Below are positions 39,008 to 47,847 of a DNA stretch of 62,914 nt, piece by piece. Within the stretch, counting starts at the first letter, position 1; the number at the start of each line of letters is the position of its first letter. The notes below the pieces were generated by a model, which saw only the letters and a program-made list of their open reading frames with translations, was not told the DNA's origin and made no database searches. Both the position numbers and the translations under genes were made by a program. Location: the NCBI GenBank assembly GCA_045589295.1, contig JAZNOU010000010.1, positions 1 through 62,914 on the forward strand, read 5' to 3'. The stretch comes from Clostridia bacterium. GTDB taxonomy: Bacteria > Bacillota > Clostridia > RGIG6154.

Positions 39008-40576
39008 GTTATTATCAAAAATGTTACTCTTTTCCGTAAAAAAAAACTTTCTGTCCTTAATCCCTTTCAGATATACCTCAATATCATTCTTACTATTGAC
39101 AACAATTTGGCCCAAAACTTCTTTAGCAACAGAATCATCAAACTCTTCAAAATTAACAAGTTTGTTCACTACAGCACATATTTCCTTTATCAGCTCATCT
39201 TTGTTTTCAACGACAGTATTTTTATCTCTCTCCTGTTTAATTTCCTCGGTCAGTCTATCAATCTCTTCCTGATACTGCTCCTTTAATTTTACAAACTCAT
39301 CTTTCGTTATTTCGTTATCATAATAGGAGTCAATAATTTTTAGTTTTTTAGAGTCAAGTCTTGCAATATTTCTTTCAGCTTTTTCAAAATCGTAACTCTC
39401 TTTTTTCTTGTTTTTTAAAGCATCTGTTATTACTTTTGTAAGTTTATCAACTATCCTTTTTTTATTGGTTGAAACCTCATTCAATGCTTGTAATACCGCA
39501 CATTCTAAAATTTCATTACCAATATCTTTGTTAGTACAACCAATCATTTCTCCGTTAACCTCATGTTGTACTCCATTTTTAAACTTATTATAGCAACCCC
39601 AAATCTTTCTCTTTGTCCCATTATTACGTTTTTTGAAACGTGCTACATATCTTCTTCCACATTGTCCACATTTAATTTTACCTGAAAAAGCATATCTGTT
39701 TGAATGTTTTGACTTAGTTTCTTCGTAGTTTTTCGATTTTCTTTCAAATTCCGCCTGAACAAAATCAAAGGTCTCTCTATCGATAATTGGATCATGATGG
39801 TCTCTTATATAAACCATTTCTTCTTCGCCTCTGTTATACTTTTTCTTATGAGTTAAAAAGTCAGGAGTAATTGTCTTTTTCTGTAATAAATCACCCACAT
39901 ATTTTTCATTTTGTAAGATGGTACGAATGGACTTGTTTGTCCATTCGCTATTACCATTCTTTGTTTTATGTCCTTCTTCTTGCAACTCTTTTGCAATGAT
40001 ATGAATCCCTTTACCCTCTAAATATTTGTTATATATATGACGCACCAGTTTTGCTTCTTCTTCGTTAACAGTTAAAACTCCATCTTTCAAATGATACCCT
40101 AAAATATTACGACCAAATACAACCCCTTTTTCCATTTGCCTTTTTTGTCCCCATCTGACACGTTCAGAAGTTTTTCGGCTTTCTTCTTGAGCAATACTTG
40201 CCATTATTGTCAAACGCAATTCACCATCGCTGTCAAGTGTGTCAATATTATCATTGAGAAACAAAACACCAACACCTATTGACTTTAATTCTCGTGTGTA
40301 TTGAAGTGTATCAACTGTATTACGTGCAAATCTTGAAACCTCTTTTGTGATAATTTTATCAACCTTTCCATTTTTGGCATCTTTCAGCATCCTGTTAAAA
40401 TGTACACGTTTGTCAGTATTTGTTCCACTAATTCCTTTATCTGCGTATATATCAACTAATTCCCATTCTTTATTTTCATTAATTTTCTGTTCAAAATATA
40501 ATTTCTGACTTTCAAACGAATTTGCCTGGTCGTCCTTATCGGTTGACACTCTGCAATATGCTGCAACTCTTAACAT
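38969..40576 (-). CDS. Large serine recombinase of element 1; ORF crosses the left att site
   Basis: AAYCRVST catalytic Ser, SRFARN, AQEESRKTSERV, Zn ribbon CGQCG, coiled coil. Confidence 0.95.
   Translation of the reverse strand: MLRVAAYCRVSTDKDDQANSFESQKLYFEQKINENKEWELVDIYADKGISGTNTDKRVHFNRMLKDAKNGKVDKIITKEVSRFARNTVDTLQYTRELKSIGVGVLFLNDNIDTLDSDGELRLTIMASIAQEESRKTSERVRWGQKRQMEKGVVFGRNILGYHLKDGVLTVNEEEAKLVRHIYNKYLEGKGIHIIAKELQEEGHKTKNGNSEWTNKSIRTILQNEKYVGDLLQKKTITPDFLTHKKKYNRGEEEMVYIRDHHDPIIDRETFDFVQAEFERKSKNYEETKSKHSNRYAFSGKIKCGQCGRRYVARFKKRNNGTKRKIWGCYNKFKNGVQHEVNGEMIGCTNKDIGNEILECAVLQALNEVSTNKKRIVDKLTKVITDALKNKKKESYDFEKAERNIARLDSKKLKIIDSYYDNEITKDEFVKLKEQYQEEIDRLTEEIKQERDKNTVVENKDELIKEICAVVNKLVNFEEFDDSVAKEVLGQIVVNSKNDIEVYLKGIKDRKFFFTEKSNIFDNNYQYRLKDLLPLW
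39004..39022. other. Left att junction of element 1
   Basis: Core GGTA 39004-39007; arm TATTATCAAAAAT 39010-39022. Confidence 0.85.
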
Positions 40577-40704
40577 TCGTATACCTCACTTTCCATTTTT
40601 CTAACACATTCAAGTAATTCTTCCTCGGTCAATAATTCTCGTTCTTTAAGTGCTTTTAAAACGCCTATCATTAGTAATGTGTCAAAGTTGTTCTCATTTC
40701 CCAT
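40570..40704 (-). CDS. 44-aa SHOCT-like small protein overlapping the recombinase start (candidate directionality factor); not in ORF track
   Basis: MGNENNFDTLLMIGVLKALKERELLTEEELLECVRKMESEVYEC, RBS AGGTGA; stop overlaps recombinase ATG. Confidence 0.7.
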   Translation of the reverse strand: MGNENNFDTLLMIGVLKALKERELLTEEELLECVRKMESEVYEC

Positions 40705-40962
40705 TACACATCACCTGATAAAATGTGCGAATATAAACATTGAAATTATATACTATTCCGCACATAAAGTACACAGTTTTTCTATAACTGTCCTTGTAAA
40801 TGTTTATGAATTTGAGAACTTGACCTATAACATAAAACGTATCATATACGTAAGAAATTAACAAAACAAACAACTCCAAGCATAAGATATTAAACCTACT
40901 CCTTGCGAAGTTATGCCTCTAAATCTGTATGATTAGTTGTTTGTTAAGTGATTTAGGGATTT

Positions 40963-40993
40963 AATAGGGTGGGCGGCTTAAACCCACCCTATT
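40963..40993. terminator. Terminator downstream of the SSB-like gene
   Basis: AATAGGGTGGG...CCCACCCTATT. Confidence 0.75.
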
Positions 40994-41006
40994 TTATAAG
41001 AATACA

Positions 41007-41540
41007 TTATTCTTTAAAGTCATCTTGAGGTGATGACATATACTTACGAGGGTCAAACCTATCTTTCAGTAATTGAATGTTGTGCAGTCGGCAACTAATC
41101 CCTTTACACCCTTTAACATTAAACGGATGAAAACTAATGCTAACTCGTCCATACTGACCATTATATACATCTGTAAATAAAACATCTTCATTTTTATGAT
41201 TAACTACTCCAGGCTTGTAAACCGATGACGCATTTAAAAAATAGCTATTGGAATACATAATGTCGTCAGATGATTCATCGCCATTTCTTAATGGTAATTT
41301 TAGTGTTGCATAGTCAACATCTTCCCCAAATTTATTTTTTCCGTTTTCTATAGCATTGTTTATGGCAGTTTTTATTTTTTTAATAGTTTCAATATCTTCT
41401 TTGGGAATAATAACAATTGTACTGTATTTAGGTTCTGAATTATCATATAAAACCTTAGGGCAAAACAAATTTGCTCGATTTAATATTATACGTCCAGTTA
41501 CCACTTTTTCTATAACGTTTTCATTCAATAGATTTTCCAT
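41007..41540 (-). CDS. Phage-type ssDNA-binding protein (DUF2815-like)
   Basis: EPKYS..IIPK.D, LPLRNGD, YFLNASS, YNGQYGR, GISCRLHNIQ, acidic DDF tail. Confidence 0.8.
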   Translation of the reverse strand: MENLLNENVIEKVVTGRIILNRANLFCPKVLYDNSEPKYSTIVIIPKEDIETIKKIKTAINNAIENGKNKFGEDVDYATLKLPLRNGDESSDDIMYSNSYFLNASSVYKPGVVNHKNEDVLFTDVYNGQYGRVSISFHPFNVKGCKGISCRLHNIQLLKDRFDPRKYMSSPQDDFKE

Positions 41541-41570
41541 AATATTTTACTCCTTATTTAAATATAAATT

Positions 41571-42998
41571 TTACTGTACAAAATGTACAAAATGAACAGA
41601 ATTCAATTCATATATAGTTGATTTACGACCAACTGTATTTAAACTTATACTGTCTTTGACTCGAATATATCCGTGTTCTGCTAACAAATTAAGGGTTTCA
41701 CTAATATCTTCGGTCTTTTTAAAATACCGACTTCTGCATAAAAGATAAATTTCTCTCTTGCTAATTTCATTTACATTAATACTTTCAAGTTTTCTTAAGA
41801 CATATTTAGCCTTTATCACAGATTCACTTGCTCCCATAATGGAAAATGCCATTTTAGCGTGTTCTATAAAATATATCGCTATTTCGCAAGCATTTTCCAT
41901 TATGGTTTTATTAATAATTGAATTACCTACGCCATTGTTTTCTATACAATGTAAGATGCCAGCAATACGAATGGTAGTTCCATGAAGTTTACTTGCCCAA
42001 TCTCTAATATCATTAAATTCATTGATTAATTGAGGTTCAATCCAATCGAAGAAACTCTTACATATTTTGTTTGCCTCGTCAGAAAGACTCAGATTATTAA
42101 CACCTTCAATATTAAGCAAATTGACAAGTCGAGCATTGAATTCTGTTAATATCATATGGTTTAGTGCCGGGGTATCATAAGCCCTTTTACCCATAAAAGA
42201 AATCGGTTTACAATATAAAAATCGCCCTAAAAACCCTTGTCCTCTTAAATCACCATTACTCATAATCCCCTCTAAAACACTTTCTTGTGCCATTAAAAGA
42301 ATAGTCAGCAAAGCATTTTCTATAAATTCTGGTTCTCTACTCTTTCTGTCAACACGAATTGTATCTCCAGTATAAGATTTTAAAAGAGTTTCAAAAGAGC
42401 TTTTATTACTATATCTACCAGTAATATTATTGAACATACCACCTTCTGATGAAATAACAGACATTTTACCGTTGTTTTGTGCCATAAGAGTAGTCAATGC
42501 TTCGATTGTAAAATCATCTGATGTTAACCTCATTAGTTGAGTTTTATTTTTTGATAACTCATCAATTTTTAATTGAATTTTTATAACTCTCTCATAATCT
42601 TCTTCGTTCTCAAATTCTTCTTGCTTTTTCTGTAATTGTTTAATCTTAATTTCATCTTCCAATATTTTTTTCTTACGTTCAACATTTACAGTCTTTTCAT
42701 ACTCATATAATGGAGCTGATAAAATTTTCAACAATGGACTTTTTCTTTCGCCAGGTTCAGCTATAATTAACACATACAAATTAGTTGATTCTTTATAATC
42801 AGGTTTAACTTGTATAAAAACCTTCCCCTGAAGACATACAGATATTATTGCTAATTCTGCCAAGACAGCCATTTCAATCGGTACTGCTAAATTATCCGAT
42901 ATATTTTCTACATAGTCTCGCAATAATTGAGGTAATGTGTGTAATGGAAATGGCGGTGTATCAAACGATTCAAATGGTTTAATTGGGTTCCAGTCCAA
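41571..42998 (-). CDS. YfjI/DUF3987 family replication-associated P-loop protein
   Basis: NLYVLIIAEPGERKSP, TIEAL, SSEGG, RVDRKSR, GFLGRFLY; TTG start after GGGGGTG. Confidence 0.8.
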   Translation of the reverse strand: MDWNPIKPFESFDTPPFPLHTLPQLLRDYVENISDNLAVPIEMAVLAELAIISVCLQGKVFIQVKPDYKESTNLYVLIIAEPGERKSPLLKILSAPLYEYEKTVNVERKKKILEDEIKIKQLQKKQEEFENEEDYERVIKIQLKIDELSKNKTQLMRLTSDDFTIEALTTLMAQNNGKMSVISSEGGMFNNITGRYSNKSSFETLLKSYTGDTIRVDRKSREPEFIENALLTILLMAQESVLEGIMSNGDLRGQGFLGRFLYCKPISFMGKRAYDTPALNHMILTEFNARLVNLLNIEGVNNLSLSDEANKICKSFFDWIEPQLINEFNDIRDWASKLHGTTIRIAGILHCIENNGVGNSIINKTIMENACEIAIYFIEHAKMAFSIMGASESVIKAKYVLRKLESINVNEISKREIYLLCRSRYFKKTEDISETLNLLAEHGYIRVKDSISLNTVGRKSTIYELNSVHFVHFVQ

Positions 42999-43044
42999 AA
43001 CTAAACACCCCCTTTCATTTTGTTCAAATTGTACATTTTGTACA
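41575..43044. repeat. 28-bp inverted repeats (3 x 9-bp units) flanking the DUF3987 gene
   Basis: 41575-41602 TGTACAAAATGTACAAAATGAACAGAAT vs 43017-43044 ATTTTGTTCAAATTGTACATTTTGTACA (25/28 as reverse complement). Confidence 0.8.
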
Positions 43045-43114
43045 TACATTAACGCGTCCGTTAGAAATATTTGAACTTGTATTTTGTCCGTCTGTACAAA
43101 CTTTGCATTTCTGC

Positions 43115-43143
43115 TTGACAACATCCAAAGTGTAACATATAAT
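43115..43143 (+). promoter_or_regulatory. Consensus SigA promoter for the XRE regulator
   Basis: TTGACA-17-TATAAT. Confidence 0.8.
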
Positions 43144-43206
43144 AAGTTATGTGTAAATAAACTCGTACTTATGATTTTAAAATATTTTTAGATTTGAGGT
43201 TAAGTT

Positions 43207-44022
43207 ATGATTAACAATTATTCAGAAAAACAATTAGCTGATATTATTAAAGATACAAGATTGAATATGAAAAAACATACCCAAGATAACATGGCAGAAC
43301 AGTTAGAACTTTCAAGCAGACAAGCCTATGCTAACATAGAAAACGGAGAGTCTAAAATTCAGTTAAAGCACATTATCAAGTTGTGTGAAATTTTTGAATG
43401 TGATATAGGATATTTATTTGGTGAATATCCTACAAAAAGACGAGTATCTTCAGATGTTCAAGAAGTTACAGGGTTAAGTGAAACATCAATAGAGTATCTC
43501 CTTGAAGCTAAAAAAGAATATGATTCTGCAAAACTCGAATATGATAAAGCAGATAATAATGATGACAAATTATCTGCTGAAAACAAATTCTTAGTATCAG
43601 GGATAAAACTGCAAACATTAAACTTTATTCTTGAAAACGATGAAACGTATGGTCTATTGGATTTAATAGGGAGATATTTATTTGGAATGCCTATTTTTCG
43701 TAATGATATTGACGAAACTGCTGAATTGTATACGGATATATCTGAAGCCGATTTCGAAAAGCTTGAAATTACAGACTATTTACAAAAATGTCCTATAAAT
43801 TATTTGTATCAATTTGACGTGAAAAGCAAAACAACCTTTCCAATTTTAGACTTTATATCAACAGATGAAATATATGCTTCACTCCTTGTTCAGTTAAATA
43901 ATAAACTGTCAGAAATAGGCAATAAATTTCGTGAAGATAATCAAAAAAATTTCAAAGAGGCTCTTAATAAGTATTTGAAAGAAAATTACCCAGATGATGT
44001 GATTAATCAAATTTTGGATTAG
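43207..44022 (+). CDS. XRE-family HTH regulator with uncharacterised C-terminal domain
   Basis: TQDNMAEQL..SRQAYANIENG..LCEIFECDIGYLFG; VTGLSE.SI. Confidence 0.8.
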   Translation: MINNYSEKQLADIIKDTRLNMKKHTQDNMAEQLELSSRQAYANIENGESKIQLKHIIKLCEIFECDIGYLFGEYPTKRRVSSDVQEVTGLSETSIEYLLEAKKEYDSAKLEYDKADNNDDKLSAENKFLVSGIKLQTLNFILENDETYGLLDLIGRYLFGMPIFRNDIDETAELYTDISEADFEKLEITDYLQKCPINYLYQFDVKSKTTFPILDFISTDEIYASLLVQLNNKLSEIGNKFREDNQKNFKEALNKYLKENYPDDVINQILD

Positions 44023-44134
44023 TCTCTTTCTATTCTCAAAACAACATAATCCATTCTCAAATCACTTTAATTTAGACACCAATATAAATTCATTAAAATT
44101 TATGTATTAAGTGTTAAAATGGCGATTTAAACAC

Positions 44135-44168
44135 AAAAAGCTACGGAGTAAAAATTCCGTAGCTTTTT
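44135..44168. terminator. Bidirectional terminator
   Basis: AAAAAGCTACGGA...TCCGTAGCTTTTT. Confidence 0.8.
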
Positions 44169-44171
44169 AAA

Positions 44172-44420
44172 TTATGCTAAACATCTCTGAATTATAAAAC
44201 ATAATACTAAAATTATAACCGTTACCCACCAAGGGATTATTTCTTCTAATCCTCCGCCTGAACTTCCATTTTCAACAATGACTTTTTCTTTGCCATCCCC
44301 AAAAGCATTGTCCCTTGATGAGTTTTTAATTGTATAACTTTTTCCATCATTGGTAGTAAATATTTGTTCTTTACCACCACCGAAAGCATTATCTCTTGAA
44401 CTATTTCTTATTCTTGCCAT
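44172..44420 (-). CDS. Small membrane-anchored protein with two NSSxDNAFGxGK repeats (paralog A)
   Basis: RBS AAGGAG; repeated motif; C-terminal PWW plus TM helix. Confidence 0.75.
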   Translation of the reverse strand: MARIRNSSRDNAFGGGKEQIFTTNDGKSYTIKNSSRDNAFGDGKEKVIVENGSSGGGLEEIIPWWVTVIILVLCFIIQRCLA

Positions 44421-44435
44421 AATAACAACTCCTTA

Positions 44436-44750
44436 TCAACTAAACAGGTTAGGAATAAAGAATAATACTTTTCCTACAAATCCCCAAAACTCACCAGGAA
44501 ACACAAAACACACTACCATAATTATTATAACGAGTAATAGACACCCCCACCAAGGTAGTGCATCTACTATCATTTCGGCTAATCCACCACTTGAGCCTTT
44601 TTCCTCAACAATCTTTTGTTTACCACTACCATAAACATTATCAACAGAAGAATTTTTAATAATGTATTCCTTTCCGCTATCATCGGTAAAGATTTGTTGT
44701 TTCCCACCACCATATGCATTATCGACCGAACTGTTTCTTATTTTTGCCAT
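44436..44750 (-). CDS. Small membrane-anchored protein with two NSSVDNxYGxGK repeats (paralog B)
   Basis: RBS AAGGAG; same architecture as paralog A. Confidence 0.75.
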   Translation of the reverse strand: MAKIRNSSVDNAYGGGKQQIFTDDSGKEYIIKNSSVDNVYGSGKQKIVEEKGSSGGLAEMIVDALPWWGCLLLVIIIMVVCFVFPGEFWGFVGKVLFFIPNLFS

Positions 44751-44779
44751 ACGTAACAACTCCTTCTGTATATTATAAA

Positions 44780-45376
44780 TCAAGTTCTTTTAATTTCTTC
44801 AGAAGAATAGGTTAGCTCATTCTTGCTTTTTTCTATACATTCAAGAATATGTGTAATCTCTTCTTTTGTAATGTGGTCAAGTTCGATTAAAGAGTCATCT
44901 GTTTCTAATTTTTTTGTATAAAGAAACCATTGAATAGCAAACCATATATCGTTCTCATTTAAATTGTCAAATCCCTTTATATATACCGGATGACTCAAAA
45001 TTTGCTCTAAAATAAGATAGCATATTTCATATTCAAATGTACCACTTATAACCTTTTTGAAAGGTGGATTAAATAAATTTATAGTTGACTCTTTATAATG
45101 AGACAAAAAGTCCTTATAAATATATTTTTCCAATTCATCACATTGGATAGCTCCAGGCCAAAAACAACCAACCCAATCGTCAATATCATATGTAATCCAT
45201 TCTTCAAAAGTCATTCCGTTTTTTCTGTAATTAATATCAAATTCTACACAACGAGTTTTGTAGAACTCTTTAAGTAGTTGATATTTTTCTTCTAAAGATA
45301 ATTCTGAATCATCAATGACATAAATGGCGTCTCTTACAGATTTTAGTTTTATTTGTTCTCTGATTTTATTAATCAA
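44780..45376 (-). CDS. Hypothetical protein
   Basis: 198-aa ORF, start overlaps upstream stop. Confidence 0.6.
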   Translation of the reverse strand: MINKIREQIKLKSVRDAIYVIDDSELSLEEKYQLLKEFYKTRCVEFDINYRKNGMTFEEWITYDIDDWVGCFWPGAIQCDELEKYIYKDFLSHYKESTINLFNPPFKKVISGTFEYEICYLILEQILSHPVYIKGFDNLNENDIWFAIQWFLYTKKLETDDSLIELDHITKEEITHILECIEKSKNELTYSSEEIKRT

Positions 45377-46392
45377 TTTTTGTTCCCCTTATTTATAAAT
45401 TCCCTTTTTAGCTTATCAAATTTTAATGATGATTTGCTTTTATAGAATTTATCATTTGCACTTACAAATTCCCATAATTGTTTTCCCTTTTCTTCATCAC
45501 CATTTAAATATTTACTAATAATTTGTAATGGTTTATCCCGCTCTGATAATTCATCTTCTGAAATTTTTGCTTTGTATAAAGATGAAATCTTTGGAATACA
45601 TTCATATTCCCGAAATACACTATTATGTTTTATTGCTCCTATATGTATTTCATCTTGATTATCAATATATAGCCCTTGTAGGCAACAACAATCCCTATTA
45701 TCCCCAATCTCAACAACTAAAACCTTTCTTAATTCAGCAAAAGGTCGGCAATCAATAGTTAATATATCTCCAACCTTAAAAGATGTTGGGAGGTTTAAAT
45801 CTTCATTATGTGAACAAACATCAAGTTTTTTTATCACTTGTGATTTGTTTGGATTTTTTTTGTATTTCTTTTTGTAATCATAATCAAACTTATAAAACCA
45901 AATATCACCTTTTAACGAAATGTAGTAATCAATGATTTTTTCATAAATACCTAATTCAGATAAGGTCCATTTTTCTAAAACAAACCAATCACATAATTCT
46001 TCAAATGTATTATATTCGAATAGCTGACAACAACTTTCCTTAATATATTCAATTACTTTTTCACTATTGTTAAATGGGAAACATTCATATATTTTTGGTG
46101 AAATCTCGCTATCATTTAAATTATCTGCATCGATTCCTTGTCCTTTAAGAATATAAATTTCACTTTCTTTTAATTCTAACTGAGATAAAGCATTGTTTAT
46201 TGCTTTATAACTATTTTTATATATTTCATCTGTTTCTTTCAGTTCCTCTAAAATTAACAACTTATCTTCTAGAGATATTCGTGCACCACAAATTATATTG
46301 TTAATTTGGGATAATGATAAATCATCAAAATTTTCATCAAGATAATTTTTCATTTCATCTGATTGAAATAAATCTAAAATTTTGTCTTTCAT
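45373..46392 (-). CDS. Hypothetical protein
   Basis: 339-aa ORF, RBS AAAGG; GDILTIDCRPF, GDNRDCCC. Confidence 0.65.
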   Translation of the reverse strand: MKDKILDLFQSDEMKNYLDENFDDLSLSQINNIICGARISLEDKLLILEELKETDEIYKNSYKAINNALSQLELKESEIYILKGQGIDADNLNDSEISPKIYECFPFNNSEKVIEYIKESCCQLFEYNTFEELCDWFVLEKWTLSELGIYEKIIDYYISLKGDIWFYKFDYDYKKKYKKNPNKSQVIKKLDVCSHNEDLNLPTSFKVGDILTIDCRPFAELRKVLVVEIGDNRDCCCLQGLYIDNQDEIHIGAIKHNSVFREYECIPKISSLYKAKISEDELSERDKPLQIISKYLNGDEEKGKQLWEFVSANDKFYKSKSSLKFDKLKREFINKGNKN

Positions 46393-46444
46393 AATATCAA
46401 CCTTTCATTCAAAATTAAGTAGCAGATAATGTTAAATAAAACTA

Positions 46445-46648
46445 TTAATCATATTTACTGCTACACAAAAATACTTTCATTTGTGCACTATACTTATCTG
46501 TTGAAAATGCTTTTATTACACCACTTTCATATTTGTTGTTTGTAGGCCATACCTTAACAACTCCATTTTCGTACTTGTTATCAGTAACATATACTTTAAC
46601 TACTCCTGATTCATATTTATTATCTACAAAATATATTGGTGTTGCCAT
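46445..46648 (-). CDS. Small tandem-repeat protein (DUF6150-like, ~14-aa KYE repeats)
   Basis: DNKYESGVVKVYVT / DNKYENGVVKVWPT / NNKYESGVIKAFST; RBS AAGGAG. Confidence 0.65.
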   Translation of the reverse strand: MATPIYFVDNKYESGVVKVYVTDNKYENGVVKVWPTNNKYESGVIKAFSTDKYSAQMKVFLCSSKYD

Positions 46649-46844
46649 TAAAATCACTCCTTATGAATTGCCTATTATCTGCTACTGTAAAATTTTGAAC
46701 TCTTTAACAAAGTATATTGTAACATACCTCTCAACTTTTTGCAACTATATTTTAACTTAATATTTAACTGCAATAATAAGTATATGAATAAATGCTGAAA
46801 TCATTTAAAATAATAATATAAATTGTAATGTAGAGGTGATAACA

Positions 46845-47018
46845 ATGGATTTTATAATAAAAAAACCAACAAGCTCAAATAGAACTATCAGAATGCCTGA
46901 TACACTTATTGAGCAAATCAGTCAAATTGCCACCGAACAAGAAATTTCTTTTAATCAGGTAGTTATTCAATGTTGTGAATTTGCTATTGACAATCTTCCT
47001 AAAAAGGATAAAAAGTAG
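46845..47018 (+). CDS. Ribbon-helix-helix DNA-binding protein
   Basis: NRTIRMP..LIEQI..IA....SFNQVVIQCCEFA; RBS GAGGTG. Confidence 0.75.
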   Translation: MDFIIKKPTSSNRTIRMPDTLIEQISQIATEQEISFNQVVIQCCEFAIDNLPKKDKK

Positions 47019-47519
47019 CCTAACCAACTTCTTCTATGTATAGTTTCTCGATTTAAATATAAACCATAATTTAAAAAATGTACACCGTTTTTCTCAAGCG
47101 TTGTACATTTTTGTTTTATTATCATTAACTAAATACTTGACTTGAAATTAATCTCAAATGTGTTATAATAATTACATATTCAGAAGGGGATTTATATGAT
47201 GGAATAAAAAAACGAATAATACAATAACATAATAAAAAGAAATATTGACATTTTATGATAAATGTGGTAACATTCCTTATACGATTTTCTGTTTTCATTT
47301 TTAACCAAATCAAAATTATTTTATTATGCACTAATGTTTAAATGTTAGACAAGCTTATTATATTGTCTTGATTGTTTAACGAGCAATTATTTTTTGTTGG
47401 GTTTGATGGATTGAAATTGTAGAACAATTAATTATTGAATTATAAAATCATTTGTTGCAACAATTTAATATTTTAAATAGCTATTTAAATTACAGTACGA
47501 ATTAAAAAGGAGAATGGCT

Positions 47520-47672
47520 ATGTTAAGATTAAGCATTGAAGGAATTATCGTAATATCTATTGTAAGAATCCTTAGTTTGGTCTTAAAATACATTTTTAAT
47601 ATTATTATAGTTTTTTTAGCTCACAAATATAGAATAGACATTAAAAGCAAAAATTTTTCTGTAAAACATTAA
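47520..47672 (+). CDS. 50-aa hydrophobic peptide with basic tail (type I toxin-like); not in ORF track
   Basis: RBS AAGGAG; MLRLSIEGIIVISIVRILSLVLKYIFNIIIVFLAHKYRIDIKSKNFSVKH; hairpin AGGGATAG...CTATCCCT-TTTTT at ~47688-47718. Confidence 0.55.
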   Translation: MLRLSIEGIIVISIVRILSLVLKYIFNIIIVFLAHKYRIDIKSKNFSVKH

Positions 47673-47847
47673 TTCTAAAAATTTATCAGGGATAGTTCAT
47701 TAGAGCTATCCCTTTTTTCTAAAAAGGATTTATCATTACTCATGAAATGGCCCATTACGTTATACATATATTGCATTTTATGTATATTTCTAATATAATA
47801 ATGTCAGAGAAATAAAAAATAGTATATTATGGAGAAACATTTATTAT

